This document shows, in pieces, positions 18,851-28,180 of a stretch of DNA of 64,000 nt. The notes under the pieces are model-generated. The model had not been told where the DNA came from. It ran no database searches and was given only the letters and a program-made list of their open reading frames with translations. The DNA is from Elusimicrobiota bacterium (GTDB lineage Bacteria; Elusimicrobiota; Elusimicrobia; UBA1565; UBA9628). The translations under genes were made by a program, and so were the position numbers. The DNA is taken from NCBI GenBank assembly GCA_023249675.1, contig JAHFCE010000003.1, positions 111,785 through 175,784 on the forward strand, given 5' to 3'. Position 1 is the first letter of the stretch. Each line of letters opens with the position of its first letter.

Positions 18851-19827
18851 GCTTCTGGACCCGCAAGAAGGTTCTTGTCGCTGGGGGTGGCGGTTTTATT
18901 GGCAGTCACGTGGTTGAGCGGCTCATCCGGGAGCACCGCGGAGTCCGCGTGACCGTGGCCGCCCGCATGACGCCTGAGAACAAGCGCAATCTCGCGGCCG
19001 TCATCAAGGACGTCCGCATTATGAAGGCCGATCTGCGCGATCCTGCAGTCTGCCGCCGCGCCTGCAAGGGCCAGGACGTGGTTCTCAACCTCGCCGGCGT
19101 CATCGGCGGGGTCGGCTACAACAGCCGACATCATGCCAGCTTGTTTCGCGACAACATGTCTCTTGCCATTAACATGATCGAGGCCGCGCGTCTTGAGGGG
19201 GTCTCCCGCTACCTCGTTGTGAGCACAGCCTGCGTTTATCCGCGCAACTGCGCCATTCCCACGCCGGAGACGGAAGGGTTTCTCGATGAGCCGGAGAAAA
19301 CGAATAGGGGATATGGATGGGCCAAACGCATGGCCGAGTACCTGGGCAAAGCGTACGCCGATGAGTATGGCATGGAGATCGCGATCGTGCGTCCCTACAA
19401 TGCTTACGGTCCGCGCGATCATTTCGACCCGGAGAAGTCCCATGTCATCGCGGCCCTTGTGCGCCGCGTCTGCATGGGGGAGAACCCGCTGACGGTCTGG
19501 GGAGACGGCAGATCGACGCGCGCGTTCTTGTATGCCGAGGACTTCGCGCGCGGCCTTCTCGCTGCGGCTGCAAAGCATCCGAAGGCCGATCCGGTCAACA
19601 TCGGCTCCTCCGATGAGGTCTCAATCAAGGAGCTGGCCAAGGCCGTCTTGCGGGCGGCCGGAGCCGAAAAAATGAAGCTCGTGTTCGATCCTTCCCAACC
19701 TTCGGGCCAGCCCCGGCGGGCCTGCGACACGACGAAGTCCAAGACAGTGCTCGGCTTTACGGCAACGACATCTCTTGATGAGGGCCTGCGGCGCACGGTC
19801 GCGTGGTACCGGGAGAACTTGCTGTGA
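18847..19827 (+). CDS. NAD-dependent epimerase/dehydratase (extended SDR; UDP-GlcA decarboxylase / GDP-fucose synthase-like)
   Basis: It has the 'VAGGGGFIGSHV' Rossmann motif, the catalytic 'YGWAK' motif and 'RPYNAYGPRD'. Confidence 0.8.
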   Translation: MSFWTRKKVLVAGGGGFIGSHVVERLIREHRGVRVTVAARMTPENKRNLAAVIKDVRIMKADLRDPAVCRRACKGQDVVLNLAGVIGGVGYNSRHHASLFRDNMSLAINMIEAARLEGVSRYLVVSTACVYPRNCAIPTPETEGFLDEPEKTNRGYGWAKRMAEYLGKAYADEYGMEIAIVRPYNAYGPRDHFDPEKSHVIAALVRRVCMGENPLTVWGDGRSTRAFLYAEDFARGLLAAAAKHPKADPVNIGSSDEVSIKELAKAVLRAAGAEKMKLVFDPSQPSGQPRRACDTTKSKTVLGFTATTSLDEGLRRTVAWYRENLL

Positions 19828-20552
19828 GAGGCAAGAGACTTTTGGTCCTGCTGACCTTCAACGAGGCCGAGGCCCTGCCTAAAATTTTCGACCGACTTCC
19901 ATTGTCCGCGGCCGATGAAGTTCTCGCCGTGGACGGCGGCTCGAAGGACGGCACGATTGAGTTCCTGCGGTCGAAGGGTCTGAAGGTCCTCAATCAACCG
20001 CGTCCCGGCCGGGGCGTGGCTTTCCGCTTGGCGCTTGAGAGCACGGACGCCGATACGATCTGCTACTACAGCCCTGACGGCAATGAGGACCCCGGCGACA
20101 TTCCAAAAATATTCGAGAAGATCGAAGCGGAAGGCCAGGATCTCGTCGTCGCCTCGCGCATGATGAACGGGGCTTACAATGAGGAGGACGTCCACTGGTG
20201 GCGCCCGCGCAAGTGGGTCAACCAGCTCTTCACGCTGGCGGCCAACCTGCTCTGGAACCGCGGGCCTTACGTGGAGGACACGATCAACGGCTTTCGCGCG
20301 GTGCGCGCCGATTCGCTGCGCCGCTGCGCTTGCGATGCCGACGGCTTTCCGATCGAGTACCAGATGTCGATTCGCATGATGAAGCTTGGATGCGTGATCG
20401 GCGAGATGCCGACGCATGAGTACCCGCGCCTCGGGGGGCGGAGCACCGCCGAATCGTGGCCCACGGGAGTGATCTTCGTCAAAACCCTCCTGCGCGAGAT
20501 GTCGATGGGCCACCGCGTCGGGCGCAATGGAACGGTCGGCGGCCATGGCTGA
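19803..20552 (+). CDS. GT2 glycosyltransferase (DPM1-like, soluble)
   Basis: 'LLVLLTFNEAEAL...VLAVDGGSKDGT' is a GT-A fold motif. The start may be GTG 19824, which would overlap the upstream stop. Confidence 0.7.
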   Translation: MVPGELAVRGKRLLVLLTFNEAEALPKIFDRLPLSAADEVLAVDGGSKDGTIEFLRSKGLKVLNQPRPGRGVAFRLALESTDADTICYYSPDGNEDPGDIPKIFEKIEAEGQDLVVASRMMNGAYNEEDVHWWRPRKWVNQLFTLAANLLWNRGPYVEDTINGFRAVRADSLRRCACDADGFPIEYQMSIRMMKLGCVIGEMPTHEYPRLGGRSTAESWPTGVIFVKTLLREMSMGHRVGRNGTVGGHG

Positions 20553-23136
20553 CCAACGCCGCGACCTGCGCGCCGAGGCGGAAACCGCCGCTCATCGAGC
20601 GATCATCGCCTGGCTTCCGCTCCTCTACCTGCTGATCTCCTCCCTCTTCTTTCTGCGCACTTACGACTCCGCGCAGGTGAAGATATCGATGATGCAGATG
20701 GGCGGTCTCGGGCTGCTGACGTTGTGGCTCGTGCGCCTGGCTGTCGCCGGTCGCCATGCCCTCAACAAGGAAGACTTGGTCTGCCTGTCCCCGTTTCTCG
20801 CCTGCCTTCTTTGGGGCGTGTTCTCCTACCTGAAGTCGCCGTATCACATGGCATCCACCGACTTCTTCCTGCGTCACCTCTTCTACATGATCGTGGCGCT
20901 GATCACGATTTATGAGTTTGACGAGGCGGCGGTTTCACGCCTTTTCAAGATTATGATCGGGACCGCTTGGATTGCGATCGGCTACGGCGCCCTTCAGTTC
21001 GTGGACAACGCGGCCTTCCCGCGCGGCATCGGCAAGGGCATCGACCCCTTCGTTTGGCGCGGTGCGTTCGGCGACCGCGTATTCTCAACGTATGGAAACC
21101 CGAATTTCTACGGCGACTTCCTCGTCATCATGTTCCCAATCCTGCTCACGCAGTGGTTCAAGACGCGGCGCTGGAGCCTTGTCGTCTTGATTGGCCTTCT
21201 CCTGCTCAGCCTCGTCAAGACGGGCACGAAGGGCGCGTGGCTTGGCTTCGCGCTGGTCTGCGCGATCTTCGGGGTGATCGCCTTCGTCTTCTTCCCGGAC
21301 CAAACCAAGAACTATCGCAAGCAGGTCCTTGGCATCACGGGAGGTTTGGTTCTGGGCTTCATCGGTTACACGGCCAAGGATCTGACCTCGCGCGTCGTCT
21401 CGATCAATTTCCGTCTGTTCACCTGGGAGGCGACCTGGGAGATGATCCGCACCCAGCCATGGACCGGCACGGGCATTGGCTCCTTCCCTCCGATCTACCC
21501 GGCCTTTCGCCGTCCCGCGATCTTTCATATTGAGGGCAAGCACAACACCGAGACCGATCACGCCGAGAACGAATACCTCGAGCAGTTTTTCGACAACGGC
21601 ATCTTGGGTTTCGGCATCTTCCTCTGGCTCATCGTCAGCACCTTGGTCGTTGGCTTCCGCTCGTTAGGCCAGCTCACGATGACGGCCATGCTCAAGGACG
21701 GCCGTCCGCCGCCGCGCGCCTTCGACCTGATTGGCGTGGTCGTCTCGTTCATGGGCATGCTCGGGCACAACTGCTTTGACGTCAGCCTGCGCTTTGTGTC
21801 CTCCGGAGTATATTTGGGTCTGCTGTCTGGCCTCATCGTCAACGTCGCGCGCGGCAAGGCGCTCTACGAGCTCCATGCGCGGCCGGCGGTCCCGGCCGCC
21901 GACCCCGCCGTGGAGGCGTCCCTGTGGGCCACCGTGTCGGAGATGCTGATTTGGCCCCTGCGACTTGCCGCTGCCGGCGGCGTCCTCTACCTCGCTTTCT
22001 TCAAGGGCTGGGCTCAGCTGCGCCAGGTTCCGTTCGGCGGCATGTTCGGAGAGTTCTGCCTGCTCCAGGGCCCGCTCTCGCGCGTGCCCGGAGGCGGGGA
22101 GCTGCTGCAATGGTGGCTTGCCTGGGGCGTCTTCGCGGGGTGCATGCTTTGGCTCGGCGGGGTCATGATCCGCCTGTGTCTTCTCGCGGAGAATCCCGTC
22201 GTGTCCTTGATCGTGCTCGCGATGCTCTCGCCCCTGTACCAGTTTTGGGGCTACTTCAAGGCGGACATTCACCATAATATCGCGATCTATTTTTCGAAAG
22301 AACGCCAATGGGAGCCGGCCGTCGCCAACTACTTGATCGTCAACAAACTCAACCCAGATTTCGTGATGTCGAAGTACTTTCTTGGCAACGTCTTCAACGA
22401 CCGTTTCACCATGACGAAAGCGTATCTCCCCAATTGGGGCGATACGGGCAACGTCCCGCACGACGACTACGAGCGCGCGATGTATTGGTACGACGAAGTC
22501 CGCAAGCTTGCGCCGAACTACGTTCAGATGCATCACCAGATCGGCAACCTGCACCTGCGCCGGGCCGAGTGGGCGACCAACAACGGGCGTCCCGATGAGG
22601 CGGAAAAATATCTCGAGATGGCGTTGGTCCGCTTCAAGCTCTACTCTCAGGTTGACCCTGTCTTCGCGCCGAACTACTACCGTATGGCGCAGGTCTATAT
22701 GATCCGCAAACAGTACGATCTCGCGGTGAAGACCTACCAGGCCCTCATCGACGCGCAGCGCTGCGCCGCAGACCCGTCCTTGCTCGCGAAGGCCTGGCGG
22801 CGCAACACCATCCTCTCCTATCAGCCCTATGAGCAGGTGAACGGTCGGTGGATTCATCGTCACGTCGGCGCGGATTACCCGCATGAGTCCGCCGAGGTTT
22901 ATACGAGCATGGCCAACGCCTTGTTCATGGGCGGCCGCTTCGAGGAGGCCGAGCGGGCCTATCGCACCGCCCTCTCATATGACCCGGCCTTCGATATGGC
23001 CAAGAAGAATCTTGATGTCACCTACCACCGCGCCCAGCAAGAGGGCCGTCTCAAGCCGGCGACGGCGAATGCCGGCGCAAAGGCCGTTCCTGGAACGCCG
23101 GTTCAGACGGGCTGGATGATTATTCCGAAGAAGTAG
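20527..23136 (+). CDS. Large polytopic membrane protein with an O-antigen ligase/polymerase (Wzy_C) domain and C-terminal TPR repeats
   Basis: 869 aa. 'TKGAWLGFALV...HNTETDHAENEYLEQFFDNGILGFGIFLWL' is the Wzy_C core. The C-terminal ~300 aa are TPR-like. An alternative start is ATG 20545. Confidence 0.7.
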   Translation: MERSAAMADQRRDLRAEAETAAHRAIIAWLPLLYLLISSLFFLRTYDSAQVKISMMQMGGLGLLTLWLVRLAVAGRHALNKEDLVCLSPFLACLLWGVFSYLKSPYHMASTDFFLRHLFYMIVALITIYEFDEAAVSRLFKIMIGTAWIAIGYGALQFVDNAAFPRGIGKGIDPFVWRGAFGDRVFSTYGNPNFYGDFLVIMFPILLTQWFKTRRWSLVVLIGLLLLSLVKTGTKGAWLGFALVCAIFGVIAFVFFPDQTKNYRKQVLGITGGLVLGFIGYTAKDLTSRVVSINFRLFTWEATWEMIRTQPWTGTGIGSFPPIYPAFRRPAIFHIEGKHNTETDHAENEYLEQFFDNGILGFGIFLWLIVSTLVVGFRSLGQLTMTAMLKDGRPPPRAFDLIGVVVSFMGMLGHNCFDVSLRFVSSGVYLGLLSGLIVNVARGKALYELHARPAVPAADPAVEASLWATVSEMLIWPLRLAAAGGVLYLAFFKGWAQLRQVPFGGMFGEFCLLQGPLSRVPGGGELLQWWLAWGVFAGCMLWLGGVMIRLCLLAENPVVSLIVLAMLSPLYQFWGYFKADIHHNIAIYFSKERQWEPAVANYLIVNKLNPDFVMSKYFLGNVFNDRFTMTKAYLPNWGDTGNVPHDDYERAMYWYDEVRKLAPNYVQMHHQIGNLHLRRAEWATNNGRPDEAEKYLEMALVRFKLYSQVDPVFAPNYYRMAQVYMIRKQYDLAVKTYQALIDAQRCAADPSLLAKAWRRNTILSYQPYEQVNGRWIHRHVGADYPHESAEVYTSMANALFMGGRFEEAERAYRTALSYDPAFDMAKKNLDVTYHRAQQEGRLKPATANAGAKAVPGTPVQTGWMIIPKK

Positions 23137-24142
23137 CCGCGGCGAGATCATCGACTGCACGGCCTGCCTGGCGCCAAGCCTCGGGCACGAAGGCGGGGTG
23201 GTAGCGGGTCCTCAAGAACCAGGTCCGTAGGCTCTTGGCCCAGCCCAGCGGCGCGATCGGCAGAAAAGTCCGCCAATAGGCCCAGGTGCCCTTGGCCCGG
23301 CGGCCTTGGATCAGAATCAGCAGCTCCCGAGACTGTGCGGGTTTGAGCGCCTTCCACAGATAGCCGGCAACTTCCAAGGCGATTCTCTCGCGTGCCTTCG
23401 CCTGGACATCGGGGCGCGCGCCGGAGCTTTTGAGCGCCACCATCGACTCCGAAAAATCACGCTCATGGTCGCGAGTGATCTGGCTTTCGTGGATGAAGCG
23501 CACCGCCAACGGTTCGCGCAGGACGCCGACGGGAAGGCCATCCTTGAGCATGCGGGCGTAGAGTTCCGTGTCCTCCAGAATTTTTAGATCTTCGCGAAAA
23601 AATCCGGTCTTGAGGAACGCCCCCCGGCGCACCGCCACCATGGTCGTGACGTACGGCAGGAAGGCATCGCCCACCGCGTAATGGCCGGGCACGACACCTT
23701 CGGGGATATCCCGTTTAGGATCGAAGAGCAGGCCTATGATGCGTCCGTAGCGATGAAGATACGCGTTGGTGAACCAGAATCCTGTCTCCGGCCGTTTCTC
23801 GATCGCTTCGCGAAGACGTTCCAGCCGCAGGGGCAAAAAAAGGTCGTCGGAATCCAAGAAGCATATCCATTCTCCTTGCGCCTCTCTGATCGCTTGATTG
23901 CGGCAGGCGTGCTGGCCGCGATTCTTCTGGTTGACCAGCACGTGGACGCGGGCATCGCCTTGGAAGCGGCCCAAGCGTGCGGCGGTGTCATCGGTCGAAC
24001 CGTCGTCAACGATGAAGAGCTCAAAGTCGGTCTCAGTCTGGGCGAGAGCCGAGCGGATGGCGGTACGGACCGATGCGGACCGGTTATAGGTTGGGATGAC
24101 GATGGAGAACAACGGCGGCCGTCTGCGCGGCGGCTCGCTCAC
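23120..24142 (-). CDS. GT2-family glycosyltransferase
   Basis: 'LFSIVIPTYNRSASV...FIVDDGSTDDT...FLDSDD'. Its 3' end overlaps the preceding + strand gene convergently by 17 bp. Confidence 0.8.
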   Translation of the reverse strand: MSEPPRRRPPLFSIVIPTYNRSASVRTAIRSALAQTETDFELFIVDDGSTDDTAARLGRFQGDARVHVLVNQKNRGQHACRNQAIREAQGEWICFLDSDDLFLPLRLERLREAIEKRPETGFWFTNAYLHRYGRIIGLLFDPKRDIPEGVVPGHYAVGDAFLPYVTTMVAVRRGAFLKTGFFREDLKILEDTELYARMLKDGLPVGVLREPLAVRFIHESQITRDHERDFSESMVALKSSGARPDVQAKARERIALEVAGYLWKALKPAQSRELLILIQGRRAKGTWAYWRTFLPIAPLGWAKSLRTWFLRTRYHPAFVPEAWRQAGRAVDDLAAATSSE

Positions 24143-24732
24143 GCGGTCAGCAACGCCTCGATCTTCCCGACGATCCCCCTGCCGACGGGGTTGGCGTCGG
24201 GGCCGAAGCGCGCGACAACTTTTCCTTCTTGATCAACGAGGAACTTGGAAAAATTCCAGGGGATCTCGCCGTTGCAGCCGGCTTCCATCGTTAGATATTT
24301 GTACAGCGGATGGATCGCGGGGCCTTTCACGCGGATTTTGGAGTAGAGATCGAACGACAAGGCGAATGTCGTTAGGCAGAAGTTCTTGATGTCGGCGTCG
24401 GTGCCCGGCTCCTGCGCGCCGAATTCGTTGGCCGGAAACGCCGCGATGCGCAGGCCTTTGTCTTTATACTTCTGGTACAGCGCCTCGAGATCTGTATATT
24501 GCGGAGTGAAGCCGCACAGGGACGCCGTGTTCACGATGAGAAGGGGATGGCCCTTGTACTTCGACAGCCTCGCCGGCCTGCCTTCGATAGTGGCCATCTC
24601 GAATTCGTAGATGCGGCCCTTTGTCTTTTCGGCTTGCATCGAGTTCACCTCGGGTTTCTTGGAGAAGGCGGCGCCGGCGGCGAATGCCGCCGAAGACAAG
24701 CTCAGCTTCACCTTGCGAATGATTTCCTTCAT
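24139..24732 (-). CDS. Glutathione peroxidase with N-terminal signal peptide
   Basis: 'LIVNTASLCGFTPQY' and 'FPANEFGAQEPG' are GPx motifs; the active residue here is Cys rather than Sec. Confidence 0.85.
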   Translation of the reverse strand: MKEIIRKVKLSLSSAAFAAGAAFSKKPEVNSMQAEKTKGRIYEFEMATIEGRPARLSKYKGHPLLIVNTASLCGFTPQYTDLEALYQKYKDKGLRIAAFPANEFGAQEPGTDADIKNFCLTTFALSFDLYSKIRVKGPAIHPLYKYLTMEAGCNGEIPWNFSKFLVDQEGKVVARFGPDANPVGRGIVGKIEALLTA

Positions 24733-24827
24733 CGCCAGATTCTACCTTTCCGGTTGGGTCTTCTGGTCGAGAATGAAGGGGCCTTTCGACCCTTCCGGCT
24801 TAGCGCTTTTTCCGGCATACTGGCTTT

Positions 24828-25361
24828 GTGAAGCCATGGATTGTCCTGCTGGTGTTGGCGGGGCCCGCCGGCGCGGTTGGGCGCGCGACCGTAAACTTCG
24901 ACGGCGCCCCAGCGCTGAGCGCGTTTCGGACAGTCGAGGGCACGCCGTTCATGCGCTGCGGACCGACCTTGATCGACACGCGCGCTCCGGGCGCGGCGGA
25001 GTGGATCCAGTCGGCCGCATCCCCGGAGCGCCTTCCGATCGTGGGCATCTTCGAGGCGCGCACGGCGCGGGTCGTCAACGCTTTCGTGCTGGGCTCTTTC
25101 GGCGTGCGCGGCCATTCCGACGCCCTTCCTCTCGGCCGCGAGCGTGGCGAGCATGGCGGCTATACGTTATTGCTCGGTCCTGATGGCGGCGTGCGCTTCC
25201 GGCGGTCCGGCTCTCTTGCCGCGCCGATCACGCCGGCCGTCGAACGCTCCATCCTGCGCTTTGTCGGCGCGCGCCCGGCCGAGGAGGCGCTCCACGCGCG
25301 TCTGCTCCGCGCGTGGTTGCGCTTCTATGACGAGGCGCGCCTGCTTCTCGGCGGGTGGTAA
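24828..25361 (+). CDS. Hypothetical secreted protein
   Basis: ORF with an N-terminal hydrophobic signal-like segment, placed upstream of gmhB. No recognisable domain. Confidence 0.35.
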   Translation: MKPWIVLLVLAGPAGAVGRATVNFDGAPALSAFRTVEGTPFMRCGPTLIDTRAPGAAEWIQSAASPERLPIVGIFEARTARVVNAFVLGSFGVRGHSDALPLGRERGEHGGYTLLLGPDGGVRFRRSGSLAAPITPAVERSILRFVGARPAEEALHARLLRAWLRFYDEARLLLGGW

Positions 25362-25377
25362 AAGCTAGAATTTCTCC

Positions 25378-25923
25378 GTGAACCGACGCCCTAAGGCCGT
25401 CTTCATCGACCGCGACGGCGTCCTGATCCGGGATGCGGATTATCTGAGCTCCGTCGCGGGCCTTGTGGTGTTGAAGGGCGCGTCCCAAGCGCTCAGGCTC
25501 CTGCGCAAGGCGGGTTTTAAGATTGTCATCGTCACCAACCAGTCGGGCGTCGCCCGCGGGTACTTCACCGCGGCGGTCGTGCGCAAGATACACGCCGAGC
25601 TCAAGCGTCGCTTGGCCAAGGGTGGAGCGCGCTGGGATGCGATCTATGTCTCGCCGCATGGTCCAGACAGCGGGCACCCGTGGCGCAAGCCTGGGACCGG
25701 GATGCTTCTGGCCGCCAAACGGAAGTTCGGCCTAGACCTCGGGAATTCATTTTTGATCGGCGACAAGACCTCGGACATCGAGTGCGCGCGCCGGGCCGGC
25801 TGCGCCGGGGTACTCGTTCGCACAGGCAAGGGCGGGCGGGATAAAAAATACAAGGCCAAGCCCTTGGTTATCCGCCACAATCTTCTGTCCGCGGCCCGCT
25901 GGATCGCCGCCCGATCGATTTAG
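25378..25923 (+). CDS. gmhB: D-glycero-D-manno-heptose 1,7-bisphosphate phosphatase (HAD-IIIA)
   Basis: 'AVFIDRDGVL' (DxDGT-like motif I), 'VTNQSG' and 'GDKTSD' are HAD-IIIA motifs. Confidence 0.8.
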   Translation: MNRRPKAVFIDRDGVLIRDADYLSSVAGLVVLKGASQALRLLRKAGFKIVIVTNQSGVARGYFTAAVVRKIHAELKRRLAKGGARWDAIYVSPHGPDSGHPWRKPGTGMLLAAKRKFGLDLGNSFLIGDKTSDIECARRAGCAGVLVRTGKGGRDKKYKAKPLVIRHNLLSAARWIAARSI

Positions 25924-27302
25924 TGGCCGATGGGAGCCGAGCCGTCTTCAATGTACTCGCGGACTTTGTAGCGCGACGCGGTCCAGATGAAGATGGCGGA
26001 GACGCCGCCCATGAGCGCCGCGAAGAACCAGAAGAAAGAAGCGCCCGAAAATTTATTAATCTCGGACACGTAGGCCGTCAGCAGGTTGCCCGCGAAGATC
26101 GTGAGGAAGAAGAAGCTCATGATCGTGCTCTTCATCGAGCGCGGCGCCTGAGTGTAGGCGAATTCAAGTCCCGTGATCGAGATCATGATCTCGGCGACCG
26201 TGATCAGGAGGTAGGGGATGAACTGCCAGGCCACCGAGGGGCGCCCGCCCTGATCGATCGCGATTTGAATCAGCGCCGCACCGACGAACGAGGTTGCCGC
26301 GACGACCATGCCGCCCGACATGCGCCGCAAGGGCGTCATCTGGAATGTGAAGGCACTCTCGATCCACGGATAGATCCACCGAGCGAACACCGGGATCAGG
26401 ACCATCACCATGATCGGGTTGAGCGCCGAGATCTGGGAGGCTTCGAAGTGGACGCCGAGCACATCGAGGTTCATCTGTTCGGCCTGGAGCACCCATGAGG
26501 AGCCGTGCTGGTCGAACAGCGCCCAGAACACGGAGACCGTCGCGAAGACCTTGCAGACGTCCTTGACGGCCCGCCCGGCTTCGACCTCATCGGCCGAATA
26601 CTTCGAAAGCGCCGCAGAGAAAAAGTCGCCGCCGGGCTTGCGCTTGCCGACGATCGCCGCCCACAGGATGGGTAGGAAGCCGTGCTTGCCGGTTTTCCCC
26701 GTCGGGGGGACGTTCACGTACTGCGGGTGGCCGCGCCAGAACACGATGGTCGCGACCGCCATCAGGATGCCGGGAATGCCGAACGCCCACGCCGGGCCGT
26801 ACTTGACCAGCACCCACGGCGTCAACAAGGTCGAGAAGAATGAGCCGAAATTGATCGCGAAGTAGAAGATGTCGTAGATTTTCTGGATCAGATGCTTGTT
26901 CTTCTCGGTGAACTGGTCGCCGACGTGGGTGGATACGCAGGGCTTGATGCCGCCGGAGCCGAGGGCGATGAGGCCCAGACCCCAGTACAGGGCGGTCCTG
27001 CCATCGAACAGCGCAAGCACCGCATGGCCGAGGCAGTAGACGATCGAGAGGGTCATGATCGTCTTGTATTTGCCCCAGTAGCGGTCCGCGATGTACGCGC
27101 CCAAGAGCGGCGTGAAGTAGCAGGCTGAGACGAACAGGTGATAGGCGGCGGTCGCCTCGTGCTTGGGCATCATCAGGTGCGAGACCATGAACACGGTCAG
27201 GATCGCGCGCATGCCGTAGAAGCTGAAGCGTTCGCAGGCCTCGTTGCCGACGATGTACTTGATCTGGGGCGGGAATCCGGCCGTCTTGGTCGATGTCGTC
27301 AT
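25920..27302 (-). CDS. POT/PTR2-family proton-dependent oligopeptide transporter
   Basis: 'ERFSFYGMRAILTVFM' is the PTR2 signature 'ExxERFxYYG'. About 12 TM helices. Confidence 0.85.
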   Translation of the reverse strand: MTTSTKTAGFPPQIKYIVGNEACERFSFYGMRAILTVFMVSHLMMPKHEATAAYHLFVSACYFTPLLGAYIADRYWGKYKTIMTLSIVYCLGHAVLALFDGRTALYWGLGLIALGSGGIKPCVSTHVGDQFTEKNKHLIQKIYDIFYFAINFGSFFSTLLTPWVLVKYGPAWAFGIPGILMAVATIVFWRGHPQYVNVPPTGKTGKHGFLPILWAAIVGKRKPGGDFFSAALSKYSADEVEAGRAVKDVCKVFATVSVFWALFDQHGSSWVLQAEQMNLDVLGVHFEASQISALNPIMVMVLIPVFARWIYPWIESAFTFQMTPLRRMSGGMVVAATSFVGAALIQIAIDQGGRPSVAWQFIPYLLITVAEIMISITGLEFAYTQAPRSMKSTIMSFFFLTIFAGNLLTAYVSEINKFSGASFFWFFAALMGGVSAIFIWTASRYKVREYIEDGSAPIGH

Positions 27303-28180
27303 ATCAATCCGAAATTCTTGAGCTCTTTCCTCAGCGCGAGGCGGTTGGGAGTCGACAGCGGGGTCAGCGGCAGGCGCGGTTCAGGGCGGCAGACGCCCAT
27401 CATCGCGAGAGCGGCCTTGACCGGAATCGGGTTGGTTTCGATGAACAATGATTTGATCAGTGGAAAGAGCTTCAGGTGTAAGGCCTTGGCTTTCCTTAGA
27501 TCGCCTTTGAGGGCCGCGGCGCACAACGCTTGCGTCTCTTGAGGCGCGACATTTGCCACAACGGAAACGACTCCGCGAGCCCCAACGGACATCATCGGCA
27601 AGGTGAGGCTGTCATCGCCGGAGAGAACGGTGAAGCTGGGCTTTGTGAGCGTCAAAATCTCGGAGACCTGGTCAAGAGAGCCCGCCGCTTCCTTGACCGC
27701 GACGATTGTCGGCAGGTCCTTGGCCATGCGCGCGAGTGTCCGCGGCAGGATATTGACGCCTGTGCGACTGGGAATGTTGTAGGCGACGATCGGTAAGCGC
27801 GATTCGCGCGCGACGGCGCGGAAATGCTGGTAAATCCCTTCCTGGGTCGGCTTGTTGTAATAGGGAGCGAGCACGAGCAGGGCGTCGGCGCCGAGGCTCT
27901 CGGCTTCGCGCGCGGACTCGACCGCTTTCCAGGTCGCGTTGGCGCCGACGCCGGCGATGACGGGGATTTCGCCGCGGGACTCGTCGCAGGCGATTTCGAT
28001 GGCGCGGCGGGACTCCTCGTGGATCAAGGTCGCGGCCTCGCCCGTTGAGCCACAGGGCACGAGGCCCTGCGTGCCGCCCTTGAGCTGGAGGCGGATCAGG
28101 TGGCGGTAAGCGTCTTCATCAAGGCGTCCATGCCGGTCGAACGGGGTGATCAATGCGACGTACGATCCTTCGAACTTCAT
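27299..28180 (-). CDS. dapA: 4-hydroxy-tetrahydrodipicolinate synthase
   Basis: Start at 'MKFEGSYVALITPF', with 'GSTGE' and 'KEAAG' motifs. The start is taken at ATG 28180 (ORF reaches 28348). Confidence 0.85.
   Translation of the reverse strand: MKFEGSYVALITPFDRHGRLDEDAYRHLIRLQLKGGTQGLVPCGSTGEAATLIHEESRRAIEIACDESRGEIPVIAGVGANATWKAVESAREAESLGADALLVLAPYYNKPTQEGIYQHFRAVARESRLPIVAYNIPSRTGVNILPRTLARMAKDLPTIVAVKEAAGSLDQVSEILTLTKPSFTVLSGDDSLTLPMMSVGARGVVSVVANVAPQETQALCAAALKGDLRKAKALHLKLFPLIKSLFIETNPIPVKAALAMMGVCRPEPRLPLTPLSTPNRLALRKELKNFGLI

Noticed and set aside
21664-22884. 406-aa minus-strand ORF
   Set aside because: Antisense to the Wzy_C-TPR gene, with no domain signature.
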